Of a DNA stretch of 64,000 nucleotides, positions 10,176 to 20,200 are shown piece by piece; the first letter of the stretch is position 1; the number at the start of each line of letters is the position of its first letter. The stretch covers positions 3,712,001 through 3,776,000 of the forward strand of contig OZ253462.1 in assembly GCA_965261395.1 (NCBI GenBank). The letters run 5' to 3'. The notes beneath the pieces were generated by a model. The model did not search any database. It was given only the letters and a program-made list of their open reading frames with translations, and was not told where the DNA came from. This DNA is from Candidatus Latescibacterota bacterium (GTDB lineage: Bacteria > Latescibacterota > UBA2968 > UBA8231). The position numbers and the translations under genes are program-made.

Positions 10176-10333
10176 GTACCCCGCGTCCCCACGCGCCTTT
10201 CTCTTGAAGCTCTATTTCCTTCCCCCGCGGCAGTTTGCCGACAACTGCTGCTCAAATTCTTCCAAGCTTGACACCTGTACCGCCGTGCGAAGCAACTGTT
10301 TGAGACGCTGCATATCTTGGACCGCCGCCGTCC

Positions 10334-10362
10334 TTGACGTTTGACGTCAAACGTCATACCTT
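10334..10362 (+). promoter_or_regulatory. Sigma70-like promoter with overlapping 22-bp perfect palindrome (likely HigA operator)
   Basis: TTGACG-N17-TACCTT; palindrome TGACGTTTGAC/GTCAAACGTCA at 10335-10356. Confidence 0.7.
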
Positions 10363-10382
10363 ATGTGTATCGCCTTCCCAGG

Positions 10383-10416
10383 CCTAACCTAACCCTAACC
10401 TTAACCCTGACCCTAA
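10383..10416 (+). repeat. Degenerate (CCCTAA)n telomere-like hexamer tract
   Basis: CCTAA CCTAA CCCTAA CCTTAA CCCTGA CCCTAA. Confidence 0.8.
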
Positions 10417-10471
10417 CAGAAGGAAGGTACATACGTGAAAAATTTGCTCCACAAAAAAGGCAGGGAGAGCG

Positions 10472-10759
10472 ATGATATTAGATTACAAGGACAAGAGGAC
10501 CGAGCGGTTCGCTAGCGGGGAATTTGTCAAGGCATTTCAGGGTTTTGAAGAGCAGGCCGAGAAACGACTTGCAATCCTGAATGCGGCACCGTCGCTGGCG
10601 ACTTTGAGAAATTTGCGAAGCAACCGCTTTGAGGCACTCAAGGGCGCAAGAGCAGGGCAATACTCCATTCGGATCAACCAGCAATGGCGCATCTGCTTCG
10701 TTTGGCCTAGTGGCTCCTCGGGACCGAGGGGGGTAGAGATAGTGGATTACCACAAATAG
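10472..10759 (+). CDS. higB: HigB (RelE/ParE family) toxin
   Basis: NRFEALKGARAGQYSIRINQQWRICF..VEIVDYH. Confidence 0.92.
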   Translation: MILDYKDKRTERFASGEFVKAFQGFEEQAEKRLAILNAAPSLATLRNLRSNRFEALKGARAGQYSIRINQQWRICFVWPSGSSGPRGVEIVDYHK

Positions 10760-10769
10760 GAGTTTGGAC

Positions 10770-11066
10770 ATGTTCAAACGCGCCGTGCATCCGGGTGAAG
10801 TCCTGAAAGACGAGCTCGAAGAGATAGGCATCACGCCCACGGCATTTGCGCGTCAGATCAATGTGCCGCCGAACCGCGTTGGCCAGATCATTGCGGGCAA
10901 GCGGTCAGTGACGGGTGACACGGCCTTGCGGTTTGGACACTGGTTTGGGGTAGAGCCTCAATTCTGGCTGAACCTGCAGGCGCAGTTCGATCTGGTCGCC
11001 GCCGACCAACAGGCTGGCGCGGCCATACGCCGACTGCCAACCCGTGTTGCTGCTGACCACACTTGA
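10770..11066 (+). CDS. higA: HigA antitoxin (XRE HTH)
   Basis: VHPGEVL, GKRSVTGDTALR and FWLNLQ motifs; AGGAG RBS. Confidence 0.92.
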   Translation: MFKRAVHPGEVLKDELEEIGITPTAFARQINVPPNRVGQIIAGKRSVTGDTALRFGHWFGVEPQFWLNLQAQFDLVAADQQAGAAIRRLPTRVAADHT

Positions 11067-11192
11067 TGAGCGACAATCCCTGTGACTGCCCTGGTCAGGA
11101 CTTGTCGCGTACGAACAAAAAACAGGACAAATGCCCTTCGACATTGCCCTTCGTCTATACATCATTAGTTTGAGTATTGGAAATAGGCTTTT

Positions 11193-11753
11193 TTATACTC
11201 TAGTAAGCCATTCGTCGATGTCAAGATTGGTGATCTCACAAGCCTTCAACACTATCTGTGCAGCCGCCTTAGCGTCATCAAGTGCCCGATGATGCTCAAA
11301 TACTATACCTAAATCAGCGGCAATGTTTTTAAGCCCATAACCCCTCCTACCATACCTGTCAGGCCAAGTCCGACGGGCAATCCGAACACTGTCAAGCCAA
11401 GTTACTTGAAGCTGCTCTAGTTCGTAATAATCTGTGGCTTGCTCAAATGCAGTGCGGTCAAAAGACGAATGGCTCACCAAAACAGAACCACGAAGGCGGC
11501 TGCTCAAATCGTCCCACATTTCCGGCAAAGTAGAGCTTCCCTTAACAACTTCCTCGTCGATACCGTGTATCTCAACGTTCCATGGGTCAAACTGGTCCTC
11601 TGGGTCAATGAGCGTTCTCCACTCATCTCGCACTTGACCATCTTCAACGTGAACGATCCCGATTTCGCAAATCGTTCTCCGGTCGACATTTGCCGTTTCA
11701 ACATCAATGACATTAAAAGTCAAGTTCTTAGAGTTTGATTCTTGGGTGATCAT
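11193..11753 (-). CDS. DEDDh 3'-5' exonuclease (DnaQ-like), possibly C-terminally truncated
   Basis: IDVETAN, HSSFD and HHRALDDA motifs. Confidence 0.85.
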   Translation of the reverse strand: MITQESNSKNLTFNVIDVETANVDRRTICEIGIVHVEDGQVRDEWRTLIDPEDQFDPWNVEIHGIDEEVVKGSSTLPEMWDDLSSRLRGSVLVSHSSFDRTAFEQATDYYELEQLQVTWLDSVRIARRTWPDRYGRRGYGLKNIAADLGIVFEHHRALDDAKAAAQIVLKACEITNLDIDEWLTRV

Positions 11754-11968
11754 GGTAAAAGAGCCTTCCGCAAAAGGTGATTTAATGGAATCGTAGTCGA
11801 CATGCCGCCGCCAGAGTCGGCTAGCTCGCCGCACGCAGCGTATATGAATACAGCTTGTCCTCCGGCAAGAAGCTGAACTGGAGCGCGCGGAATAAAGCGA
11901 CCGGCCTTGACGATGGACGAACCGTCTCCTTTTTTGCCCTCCATTAATCTTGCCAAGAAGCGCGCCCC

Positions 11969-13954
11969 ATGCAAAAGAAAATCCCCACTCATTATCTCAC
12001 CCATCTCAGCGACCGCTACCTCGTGGAATTGCCTGGGTCCGGCCTGAGTTGGCGGTCTATGCTACTCGGTCTGGGGCTGGTCGTCGCCATCAGCATTGGC
12101 AGTCCCTATTCGATATGGATGGTCGGCTCGTCGGAAATGACGTGGTCGTACTTTCCCATTATCGTGGGCGCGCCGCTGTTTATCCTGGTCCTATGCAACG
12201 CGTTGCTCAAACGCGCCCTCAGCGCGGCCGAGTTGATCACCATCATCATCATGGGGCTGGTCGCCAGCGGCATGCCCATCTTCATCGTCGGCCTAATTCT
12301 CAGCATCATCTCCAAGCCCTATTACGGGGCGCTTCCCACCAACCAGTGGGCCGAATACGTCCATCCCTATCTGCCGGATTGGGCTATTCCAGACCCGGCG
12401 CACGACGCCATGCGCTTTTTCTACGAGGGCTTGCCGAGCAAAGATTTGGCCATTCCGTGGGGGGCGTGGGCCGAGCCGCTGCTGTGGTGGCTGCTGCTGG
12501 TGCTGGCCATATACTTCGTCGGCCTGTGCTCGGTGGTGGTGTTGCGCCGGCATTGGATGGAGCGCGAGCGGCTGACCTTCCCCCTGACCGAGGTGGTCTT
12601 GATGCTGACCGAAGAGGCTCCGGGATCGGCGCTGCCGCCGGCGCTCAAGACCCGGGTCTTCTGGATCGGCTTTGCCATTCCCTTCGGTCTGATCGCCTTC
12701 AACGTTCCCAGCTACTTTTATCCCGGCTTGGCGCAGGTACCCGTCTTTCGGGGATGGGCCTTTTCCCTCGTTCCCCACGCCCCGCCCATCAACCTGCTGC
12801 TGTACTTCCCGGTTTTGGGGTTTATGTATCTGGCCCCGCTGGCCATTTCGTTCAGCGTCTGGTTCTTCCATCTGCTCTACTTGGCGCAACTGGGCCTGAT
12901 CAGTCAAACGGGCCTTTTCAATTTGCGCGCCGACCCGTTTGTGTACAGTGGGACGCCCTTGTCGTGGCAGTCTTGGGGGGCCTTTGCGGCGATGGTGGGG
13001 TGGAGCTTGTGGATGGCGCGGGGTCATCTCGCGGCCGTGTGGCGCACCGCGCTGGGCCGTGCTGGGCGGATCGACGACGCCGACGAGATGATTTCCTATC
13101 GGGTCGCCGTGGGCGGCGGGTTGGCCGGGCTGTGTTTTATCCTCGGCTGGCTGTGGCGCAGCGGCTTGGACCTGCACTTGGCGGCCTTCTATCTGGTGGC
13201 CGCGCTGACGATCTTCTTGGGTATTACGCGGCTCGTGGTGCAAGCTGGTCTGCACTATTTGACGACGCCCATGAGCGCTCAGGGCATGGTCGTGGCCGCG
13301 GCTGGCTCGGCCTTGGGGCCGCAGAACTTGGTCGCGCTGGCGCTGACCTTTGCGTGGTGCAGCGATGTGCAATCCACCTTTATGCCCTCGGCAGCCAACG
13401 CGCTCAAGCTGCACGATTACTACACGCATCGTCGCAGTGGGGGGCTGGCCTTGGCTATCGGCTTGGCAGTGGTGGTCAGCTTTGTCGCGACCACCAGCTT
13501 TATGATCTACTTGTGCTACGACTATGGGGCGAGCAATCTGCGCTCGTGGTTTTTTAATGCCGCGGGAGGCGCGGGCGGCCGGGCCTTCGACTGGGTCGCC
13601 GAGCAGACGCGCAATCCCGCGCCCGTTGATTGGGACAAGCTCGGCTTGGCCGGCAGCGGGGCATTGGGCTATGTGGTGCTGGCGTTTTTGCACTACCGGA
13701 TTGCGTGGTGGCCCTTGCACCCGGTGGGGCTAGCTGTAGCCTCGACTTGGATGGTCAAGCGGATTGTGTTTTCGGTGTTCTTGGCGTGGGCCTGCAAGGC
13801 ATTGATTTTGCGCTTCGGCGGCGTGGCGCTCTACCAGCGACTCAAGCCGCTGTTTATCGGGCTGGTGGTGGGGTTTTTCTGCGGGGTTTTTCTGTCGTTT
13901 GTACTCGACTGCGTCTGGTTTAAGGGCGCGGGGCATCCGATCCTGCACGGGTGA
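11969..13954 (+). CDS. Polytopic membrane protein, DUF6785/DUF6784-like putative transporter
   Basis: RRHWMERERLTFPL, WWPLHPVG and LYQRLKPLFIGLVVG; many TM helices. Confidence 0.8.
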   Translation: MQKKIPTHYLTHLSDRYLVELPGSGLSWRSMLLGLGLVVAISIGSPYSIWMVGSSEMTWSYFPIIVGAPLFILVLCNALLKRALSAAELITIIIMGLVASGMPIFIVGLILSIISKPYYGALPTNQWAEYVHPYLPDWAIPDPAHDAMRFFYEGLPSKDLAIPWGAWAEPLLWWLLLVLAIYFVGLCSVVVLRRHWMERERLTFPLTEVVLMLTEEAPGSALPPALKTRVFWIGFAIPFGLIAFNVPSYFYPGLAQVPVFRGWAFSLVPHAPPINLLLYFPVLGFMYLAPLAISFSVWFFHLLYLAQLGLISQTGLFNLRADPFVYSGTPLSWQSWGAFAAMVGWSLWMARGHLAAVWRTALGRAGRIDDADEMISYRVAVGGGLAGLCFILGWLWRSGLDLHLAAFYLVAALTIFLGITRLVVQAGLHYLTTPMSAQGMVVAAAGSALGPQNLVALALTFAWCSDVQSTFMPSAANALKLHDYYTHRRSGGLALAIGLAVVVSFVATTSFMIYLCYDYGASNLRSWFFNAAGGAGGRAFDWVAEQTRNPAPVDWDKLGLAGSGALGYVVLAFLHYRIAWWPLHPVGLAVASTWMVKRIVFSVFLAWACKALILRFGGVALYQRLKPLFIGLVVGFFCGVFLSFVLDCVWFKGAGHPILHG

Positions 13955-14003
13955 GCGGATTGCCATATATTGAGATTGCAATTACGAAGAAAGGTGCCTG
14001 TCG

Positions 14004-14786
14004 ATGAGTAATTCCCACTCCCTGCACGTGACTGATGCGGACGTGCAGTTCTACCGCGATCACGGTTATTTCATCTATCAACATCCGCTCTTTCCCGCCG
14101 AAAAGTTCCAGTGCTTGCAAGCCTTCTTCGCCGGCTTGTTAGCCGATTTGCCCGCGGGCAAGCGGCCAGAGGCTATGGATGTGCCGCACTTTGCCCACCC
14201 AGAGCTTTTCGAGTGGCTCCTCGCCGACGAGGTGCTCGATTTTGTCGAGGCGTTTCTCGGCCCGGACATCGTCTTGTGGTCGAGCCACTTTATCAGCAAG
14301 CCGCCCGGCGACGGCAAGCGCGTGCCTTGGCACGAGGACTCGGCGTATTGGAACGAGCGGCTTAGCGAGCACGAGGTGCTGACCGTGTGGCTGGCCATCG
14401 ACGACTCGACGCGAGAAAACGGCTGTATGCGGGTGGTGGCCGATTCGCACCGGCACGGCTTTTCCGACTATGTGGAGGTCGATCACAACACCCACGTCTT
14501 CGGGCGCGAGATCGTGGCCGAGCAAGTCGATCAGTCGCGAGTCGTCGATTTGGAACTGCGCGAGGGCCAATGCCACATCCACCACGCCAAAATGATCCAC
14601 GGCTCCAATCCCAACACCAGTGCCAAGCGGCGCTGCGGCTACACCATGCGCTACATGCCGGCGACTGTGAAAGTGCGGGGTACGGGGCCACACGCAACGC
14701 ACGCGGTGTATTTGGCGCGGGGTCGGGACCGGGCCGGCAACGAATACGCGGATCCATCGAAGCCATTTGTGCCGGGCGTTCGCTAG
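14004..14786 (+). CDS. Phytanoyl-CoA dioxygenase (PhyH) family Fe/2OG oxygenase
   Basis: PWHEDSAYW (HxD), VWLAIDD..ENGCM and IHGS..N.S..RR. Confidence 0.92.
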   Translation: MSNSHSLHVTDADVQFYRDHGYFIYQHPLFPAEKFQCLQAFFAGLLADLPAGKRPEAMDVPHFAHPELFEWLLADEVLDFVEAFLGPDIVLWSSHFISKPPGDGKRVPWHEDSAYWNERLSEHEVLTVWLAIDDSTRENGCMRVVADSHRHGFSDYVEVDHNTHVFGREIVAEQVDQSRVVDLELREGQCHIHHAKMIHGSNPNTSAKRRCGYTMRYMPATVKVRGTGPHATHAVYLARGRDRAGNEYADPSKPFVPGVR

Positions 14787-14877
14787 GGATGGACGTTATT
14801 GACCGGCACGAGTGTTACGACCTGACGCGTGAGGGCGAGCAGATGGAAGTGGACGAGAAGATTTTGAGGGCAGAGAG

Positions 14878-15855
14878 ATGAAACGCGTTATCAAACCAAC
14901 AGGGCAGTTTAATATCGAAATTGAGGAAGTGCCGGTGCCCGAGCCGGGGCCGGGGGAAGTGCGAATCAAGGCGGTGTGCAGCCTGATCAGCCGAGGATCG
15001 GAGATCGGCGCACGCTATACGCGTGAGCAAGCAGTCAGTCCCGAGATTATGGGCTATTCACTGGCGGGGGTGGTTGACGCTTTGGGGGAGGGTGTCGACT
15101 GCTACGCGGTAGGTGACCGGGTAGTAGCGCTGGCACCGCACGCTGAATACGTGGTGCGCCCAGCGGTGTTGTCTGCACCGCAGGACCAGCCGCAGGTGGT
15201 GGCGATGCTGCCTAGCGTGGAATTTGACGCGGCACCTTACTGGCCGCTGGTCTCGGGTGCGGTGACCTGGGTGGATATCGAGGAGATCGGACCCAACCAC
15301 ACGGTAGTGATTTTGGGCCAGGGACTGGTTGGGAGCCTGATGTTGCAGGTGGCCAAGCACAATGGCAAGGGTCGGATCATCGCCGTTGATGCGCTGGAGA
15401 GCCGTTGCGCGCTGGCTGAGGAGTTGGGGGCCGACGCGGTAATCAATGCCGCCGAAGAGGATCCTATTGCCGCGGTGCGTAGGCTAACAGCGGGAGCTGG
15501 TGTCGATATCGTCGTCTATGCGGTAGGCGGTCCGGCGGGGGTTAAAGCATTCGACCAGGGGTTGGATATGCTGGCCGTTGGCGGGCTATTGCACCTGATC
15601 GGGCTTTACGAGGACGCGCCTTTGCCGCTGATGTCGGGCAAGATCCAGCGCCGCAAGATCCTAGGCGGCTATTATGGACAGGGCATAGGCTCGGGGACCG
15701 CACGTCGGGCGATGGAGCTATTGCAGGCAGGAATCATTCAGACAGGGCGAATGACCACGCACCGCTTTCCTTCTTTTGCGGCGGCAAAAGCCTTTGACTT
15801 GCTCTACAACAACATGGACGAGGCGCTCGGGGTGTTACTCGACTGGGAGGGGTGA
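14878..15855 (+). CDS. MDR (zinc-binding ADH family) oxidoreductase
   Basis: GroES-like N-terminus (ISRGSE, MGYS); Rossmann GQGLVG; THRF. Confidence 0.88.
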   Translation: MKRVIKPTGQFNIEIEEVPVPEPGPGEVRIKAVCSLISRGSEIGARYTREQAVSPEIMGYSLAGVVDALGEGVDCYAVGDRVVALAPHAEYVVRPAVLSAPQDQPQVVAMLPSVEFDAAPYWPLVSGAVTWVDIEEIGPNHTVVILGQGLVGSLMLQVAKHNGKGRIIAVDALESRCALAEELGADAVINAAEEDPIAAVRRLTAGAGVDIVVYAVGGPAGVKAFDQGLDMLAVGGLLHLIGLYEDAPLPLMSGKIQRRKILGGYYGQGIGSGTARRAMELLQAGIIQTGRMTTHRFPSFAAAKAFDLLYNNMDEALGVLLDWEG

Positions 15856-15975
15856 GTTGAACGCGGTAGAGCGAGAAGCTGGAACGTCAACTTTTGCAGA
15901 CCAACATGGCCGCTAGTGATACTTGTCAATTGGCGGTTTGCGGTGCAGTTTTGCTGATATAGAGAGGAGCAAACC

Positions 15976-17259
15976 ATGAAAAATTTCATACTCATCTCAC
16001 TGTTGCTTTTGGCTGCTTTGCGCGCCGGTGCCGATCAGGAGTACTGGCCCCAGTGGCGCGGACCCAACCACAACGGCGTCAGCGAGGCCGTGGACCTGCC
16101 GACGACTTGGAGTGCGAGTGAGCATGTGGTCTGGAGCAAGAAGCTGCCCTCTTGGAGCGGGAGTACGCCGGTGGTGTGGGGCGAGCGGATCTTTTTGACG
16201 TCGCCCAACTCGGGCGAAGAGATCCAAGGCGGCGAAAAGCTGCTTTTGGGCTGCTTGTCAGCGACGGACGGCAGCGTGTTGTGGCAGCGCACGATCGACG
16301 AAGGCAACGCCTATTGGCGCAAGCACAACAACACCTCGCCTTCGCCGGTCACAGACGGCGAGCGCGTGCTGGCCGTTACGGGCACGGGGATGATCCGGGC
16401 CTTTGACATAGCCGGTGAAGAGCTGTGGCACTACAACTTGCAGAAGGAGCATGGACCCTTCGGCCTGATGTGGGGCTACGCCTCCTCGCCCTTGCTCCAC
16501 GACGGCAAGCTCTTCGTCGAAGTCCTGCACGGGATGAACACGGACGATGCTTCCTACTTGATCGCCTTTGACGCGGCTACTGGCGAGGTCGCGTGGCGGC
16601 AGGAGCGGCCAACCGACGCGCTGGGCGAGTCGCCGGATGCCTATACCACGCCCGTAATCCTCGAACACGACGGCCAGACGCAAATCGTCGTCTCCGGCGG
16701 CGACTACGTCACTGGGCACGATCCGGCCACCGGCGAAGAGATGTGGCGGGCGGGCGGCTTGAATCCGGGCAAGGAGCGGAACTATCGGGTAGTCGGGTCG
16801 CCGGTCGCGGTCGCTGGGATGGTGTACGCGACCAGTCGCCGCAATCCAGTGCTAGCGTTCCGCGCCGGTGGAACGGGGGACATTAGTGGCAGCCACTTGG
16901 CTTGGAAGTGGACGGGAGCCGGAGCACCAGATGTGCCCTCGGCTACTACGGATGGCTGCTACTTCTACATGGTCGATGACCGTGGGCGGGTCTCCTGCCT
17001 CGACGCCAAGACGGGCGCGGTGCTGTGGGGACCGGAGCGCACGGCCCAGGGGACGGTCAGCGCCTCGCCGGTGCTGGCCGACGGCAAGCTCTACGTGGTC
17101 AACGAAAGCGCGGTGACGACCGTGCTCCAAGCCGGCCCAGAGTACAAGGTGCTAGCGACCAACGAACTCGACGGCGGCTATACGCTGTCGTCGCTGGCGA
17201 TCGCCGGGGGGCGGATTTTCCTGCGGACGGAGTCGCACCTGTACTGCATCGGCCAGTAG
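15976..17259 (+). CDS. Secreted PQQ-binding-like beta-propeller protein
   Basis: Signal peptide; WPQWRGP; repeated SSP/A.D..TG...W blades. Confidence 0.9.
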   Translation: MKNFILISLLLLAALRAGADQEYWPQWRGPNHNGVSEAVDLPTTWSASEHVVWSKKLPSWSGSTPVVWGERIFLTSPNSGEEIQGGEKLLLGCLSATDGSVLWQRTIDEGNAYWRKHNNTSPSPVTDGERVLAVTGTGMIRAFDIAGEELWHYNLQKEHGPFGLMWGYASSPLLHDGKLFVEVLHGMNTDDASYLIAFDAATGEVAWRQERPTDALGESPDAYTTPVILEHDGQTQIVVSGGDYVTGHDPATGEEMWRAGGLNPGKERNYRVVGSPVAVAGMVYATSRRNPVLAFRAGGTGDISGSHLAWKWTGAGAPDVPSATTDGCYFYMVDDRGRVSCLDAKTGAVLWGPERTAQGTVSASPVLADGKLYVVNESAVTTVLQAGPEYKVLATNELDGGYTLSSLAIAGGRIFLRTESHLYCIGQ

Positions 17260-17283
17260 GGGCGACCGGCCGGTCGCCCCTAC
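17256..17283. repeat. GTAG-type REP-like perfect palindrome between convergent genes (possible terminator)
   Basis: GTAGGGGCGACCGG/CCGGTCGCCCCTAC; a half copy GTAGGGGCGACC sits at 41053-41064. Confidence 0.8.
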
Positions 17284-17285
17284 AT

Positions 17286-20200
17286 CTATTCAGCCTTAAG
17301 GGCCGCCAGCAGAGGGCGGCGCAGGGCCAAGTGCGCGGCAACAGCACACGCCAACAGGCCGGCGGCAAAGACCAAGCCGAGCGAAAGGCCCAGCGCGGCC
17401 CAAGGCAAGGGGGCGGGGTCGAAGAGGCGGGGAGCCACGGCGATGAGGGCGGCGACGCTGCCGATCCCTTCGCCCGCTAGCAGGAGGAAGCCGTGCTCGT
17501 AGAGCAGCATCGCCCCCAGGCGGGCGCGGCGAAAGCCACAGGCGCTCAAGGCCGCCAGCTCGCCACTGCGCTCGAGGACGTTGCGCAGGATGAGAATCCC
17601 CAAACCCAGAGTTCCCAAGAGCAGCCCGAGCAAGCCCAGCGTCTGAAAAGTCGCCAGGTACGTGTTTTCGACGGCGCGGTAGCCACGGAGGCGTTCGGTG
17701 CTCAAGGTGGCGTCGAGGCCGTAGGCGGCTAGTCCTTTTTCGAGCGCGGCGGCGACGGCGGCTGGTTGTTCCGTTTCGACTAGGAAGTAGCCGTAGCCTT
17801 CGCGTGCGGGAAAGTGCGCGGCAAAGCGCCCCTCGGCGATGAGCAACTCACCCTGGAACAGGCTGCCGTCCAACAGCCCGACCAACCGCAGAGTCAAGCC
17901 CTCCGCAAGCGGGATGTCGTCGCCCAGACGCTTGTGCAAAATCCACTGCGCTGAATTAAAGTCGCCGATGGCTGGGATGACGCCCGGCCCCAAATCGCGC
18001 TGGAGCAATCGCCAAGGGTTGGCGCGCTCGTCCGGCGTTAGGGCGAGGGTCTGCCGGAAGGGCAAGCCACCGCGCTGCACGAATTCAGTCGGTGCGCCGA
18101 GGACACGCGGAGTCTGGGGCAGATAGAGGTTGAGGCAGCTCACGTCGTCGCCGGGCAGGACGCGGAAGAGAAAAAAGCGCGCGGCATCCAAACCTGTTGA
18201 CAGCCCCAACTCAAAGCGGCCGTCCGCGCTATTGAGGTCTTGGTGCAGGGGAATTTCTGCCTCGGCGATGAGCGCGAAGCCGCCTGTGCCAGGATCGTCT
18301 GCCCACTCGACCCGTCGATGGGCTCCGGCGGCGACGATGACAAAGGTGGCGCAGGTGACGAGAGAGGTGCAGAGGGTGCTGCGGCTGGGCTTGCGGGTGC
18401 TGTTGAAGAGGCCCAAGCTGAGGCTGGAGTTGAGGCGGCCCGAGGTCGGAGCGCGTAACCATACTGCGAGCAAAGCCAAGAGCGCCAAAAGGGCTGCGGT
18501 GCCGCTGCCCAAGAAAAGTGCCGCGGCCGTGGCTGCGTCGGCTGTGCTAGCGAGGACGCTCAAGGAGAGAGCTAAGGCCAAGCCGAGCGCGGCGAGGACG
18601 GCACTGCGACGGCGTGGTCGGCTCAGCGCAGTGTCGAGGGTACCGGCGAGCAGGGCGCGGACGGGCAGCCGGTGGAAGCGCTGCACCGTGCGCCACAGCG
18701 CCAGCGAGACCAGCAGCAGGGTGGATAGATAGCCCAGCCCGAGGCTCAGCCAGCTAACGTGGAGGTGAAGGAAAGGCGTGCCGATCGCCTCCAACCATCG
18801 AGTGTGCAAGCCGACCAGCATCAGGTAGGCGTAGAGCGGGGCACCGGCTAGGCCGAGCAGCCCACCTAGCGCGGCCAAGGCAATGCCCTCGCCTAAGAAG
18901 CGCCGGGCCACGGCGGCGAGGGGGTAGCCAGTGGCGAGCAGCAGCCCCGCTTCGCGCGCGCGTTGTTCGAGGCCGAACTTGCACAGCAGAACCACCAGTA
19001 ATGCGGCGGCGGCGATGAGGAAGAGACTGAAGCCGATAAAGAGGCCGCTGAAGTCCGTGGCCCCGGTTGATGCTAGCAGGGCCTCTTGGCGGACAGGGCG
19101 CAAGGAGAAACCAGCCGCCGTCGGAGACAGGCGCGCTAGCAGGTCTTGGCGCAGGCTCTGGTAGTGGGCGGGCGAGGGCGGATGAAAACGGATGGCGGTC
19201 AGGGCGCCGTGGCGGCTGCGCCAGAGGTGCTGGCCTGTATCGGCCGCGACAAAGGCTTTGGGCGCGGCCCCGTACTGGTCCCAGTAGGCTTCATCCTGCG
19301 GGCGGATTTGCCCCATGTCGATGGGGAAGGGCGCATCCCAGGCCGCCATATCGCCTTCTTCCTGCAGCCCTGGATAGGCGGGCGTCAAGGTGGGATCAAT
19401 GGCCAAGCCGCGCATCTGCACAATCCCTTGGAGGCGGAAGTGAGTCTGCTCGGTCCGAAGTTCCTCGCGCGGGCCGACTACGTAATAGGTCAGGGAGATG
19501 GAGTCTCCGGGGGCTGCGGCCAATTCTTGGGCCGTCCAGGCGTCGAGGTAGAGGCCGTTGTCGACAAGGGGGGGCGCGGGCTGACCGTTTGCTAGATAGA
19601 GGCCGGTGGGATCGTCGAGGGCGGTAACGGTTGAGTAGGGAACTTGGCGGCCATTGCCCATAATGGCGTTGGCCAGATAGGTCGAGAAGGTCGCGGTTTG
19701 GAGCTGTAGGGCGGTACCGCTGGCCAAGGCGGCGGCGCGGGTCGAGTCGTCGAGGACCAAGCGGGTGCTGGTAAGCTCGATGTAGTTGGCGTGCAGCGCG
19801 AGGTCCAGCTTGCGGTCGGCAAGGCTCAGGTGCTGGGCGAGGGCGTGTTGCAGGTCTTGGTGCCGACTGTCGGGCGCAGCGCTGAGCAGGGAGTTGACCT
19901 GATCCTGCTGGCCGAGGGCGCGCTGGAGGGCCTGGAGGTCGAGGTATGCGTTGAGCGGCAGATGCTGCTGCGGTCGCAGGCCGAATCGCCCCGCCCCGCT
20001 GTCGGGCAAGATGCCGGTGAGCACTACGCGCAGGGTGGTGACGATATCGCTGGTAGCGCGGCGGCCAAAGAGAGATCCCCGGTAGGTTGGGCTGGGGCGT
20101 TCCAGCGAGAGCAGCACTGCGTCGCCTAGTTCAAGGCTGAGGGCGCGTTGTAGCGAAGCACTGACGACGAGCGAGGGAAACGGCTGGCCGGGTTTTGGCT

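Noticed and set aside
11950-13720. Long alternative ORFs (535 aa plus strand, 475 aa minus strand)
   Set aside because: Arg/Gly/Pro-rich shadow frames of a GC-rich membrane-protein gene; the same applies to most short overlapping ORFs in the track.
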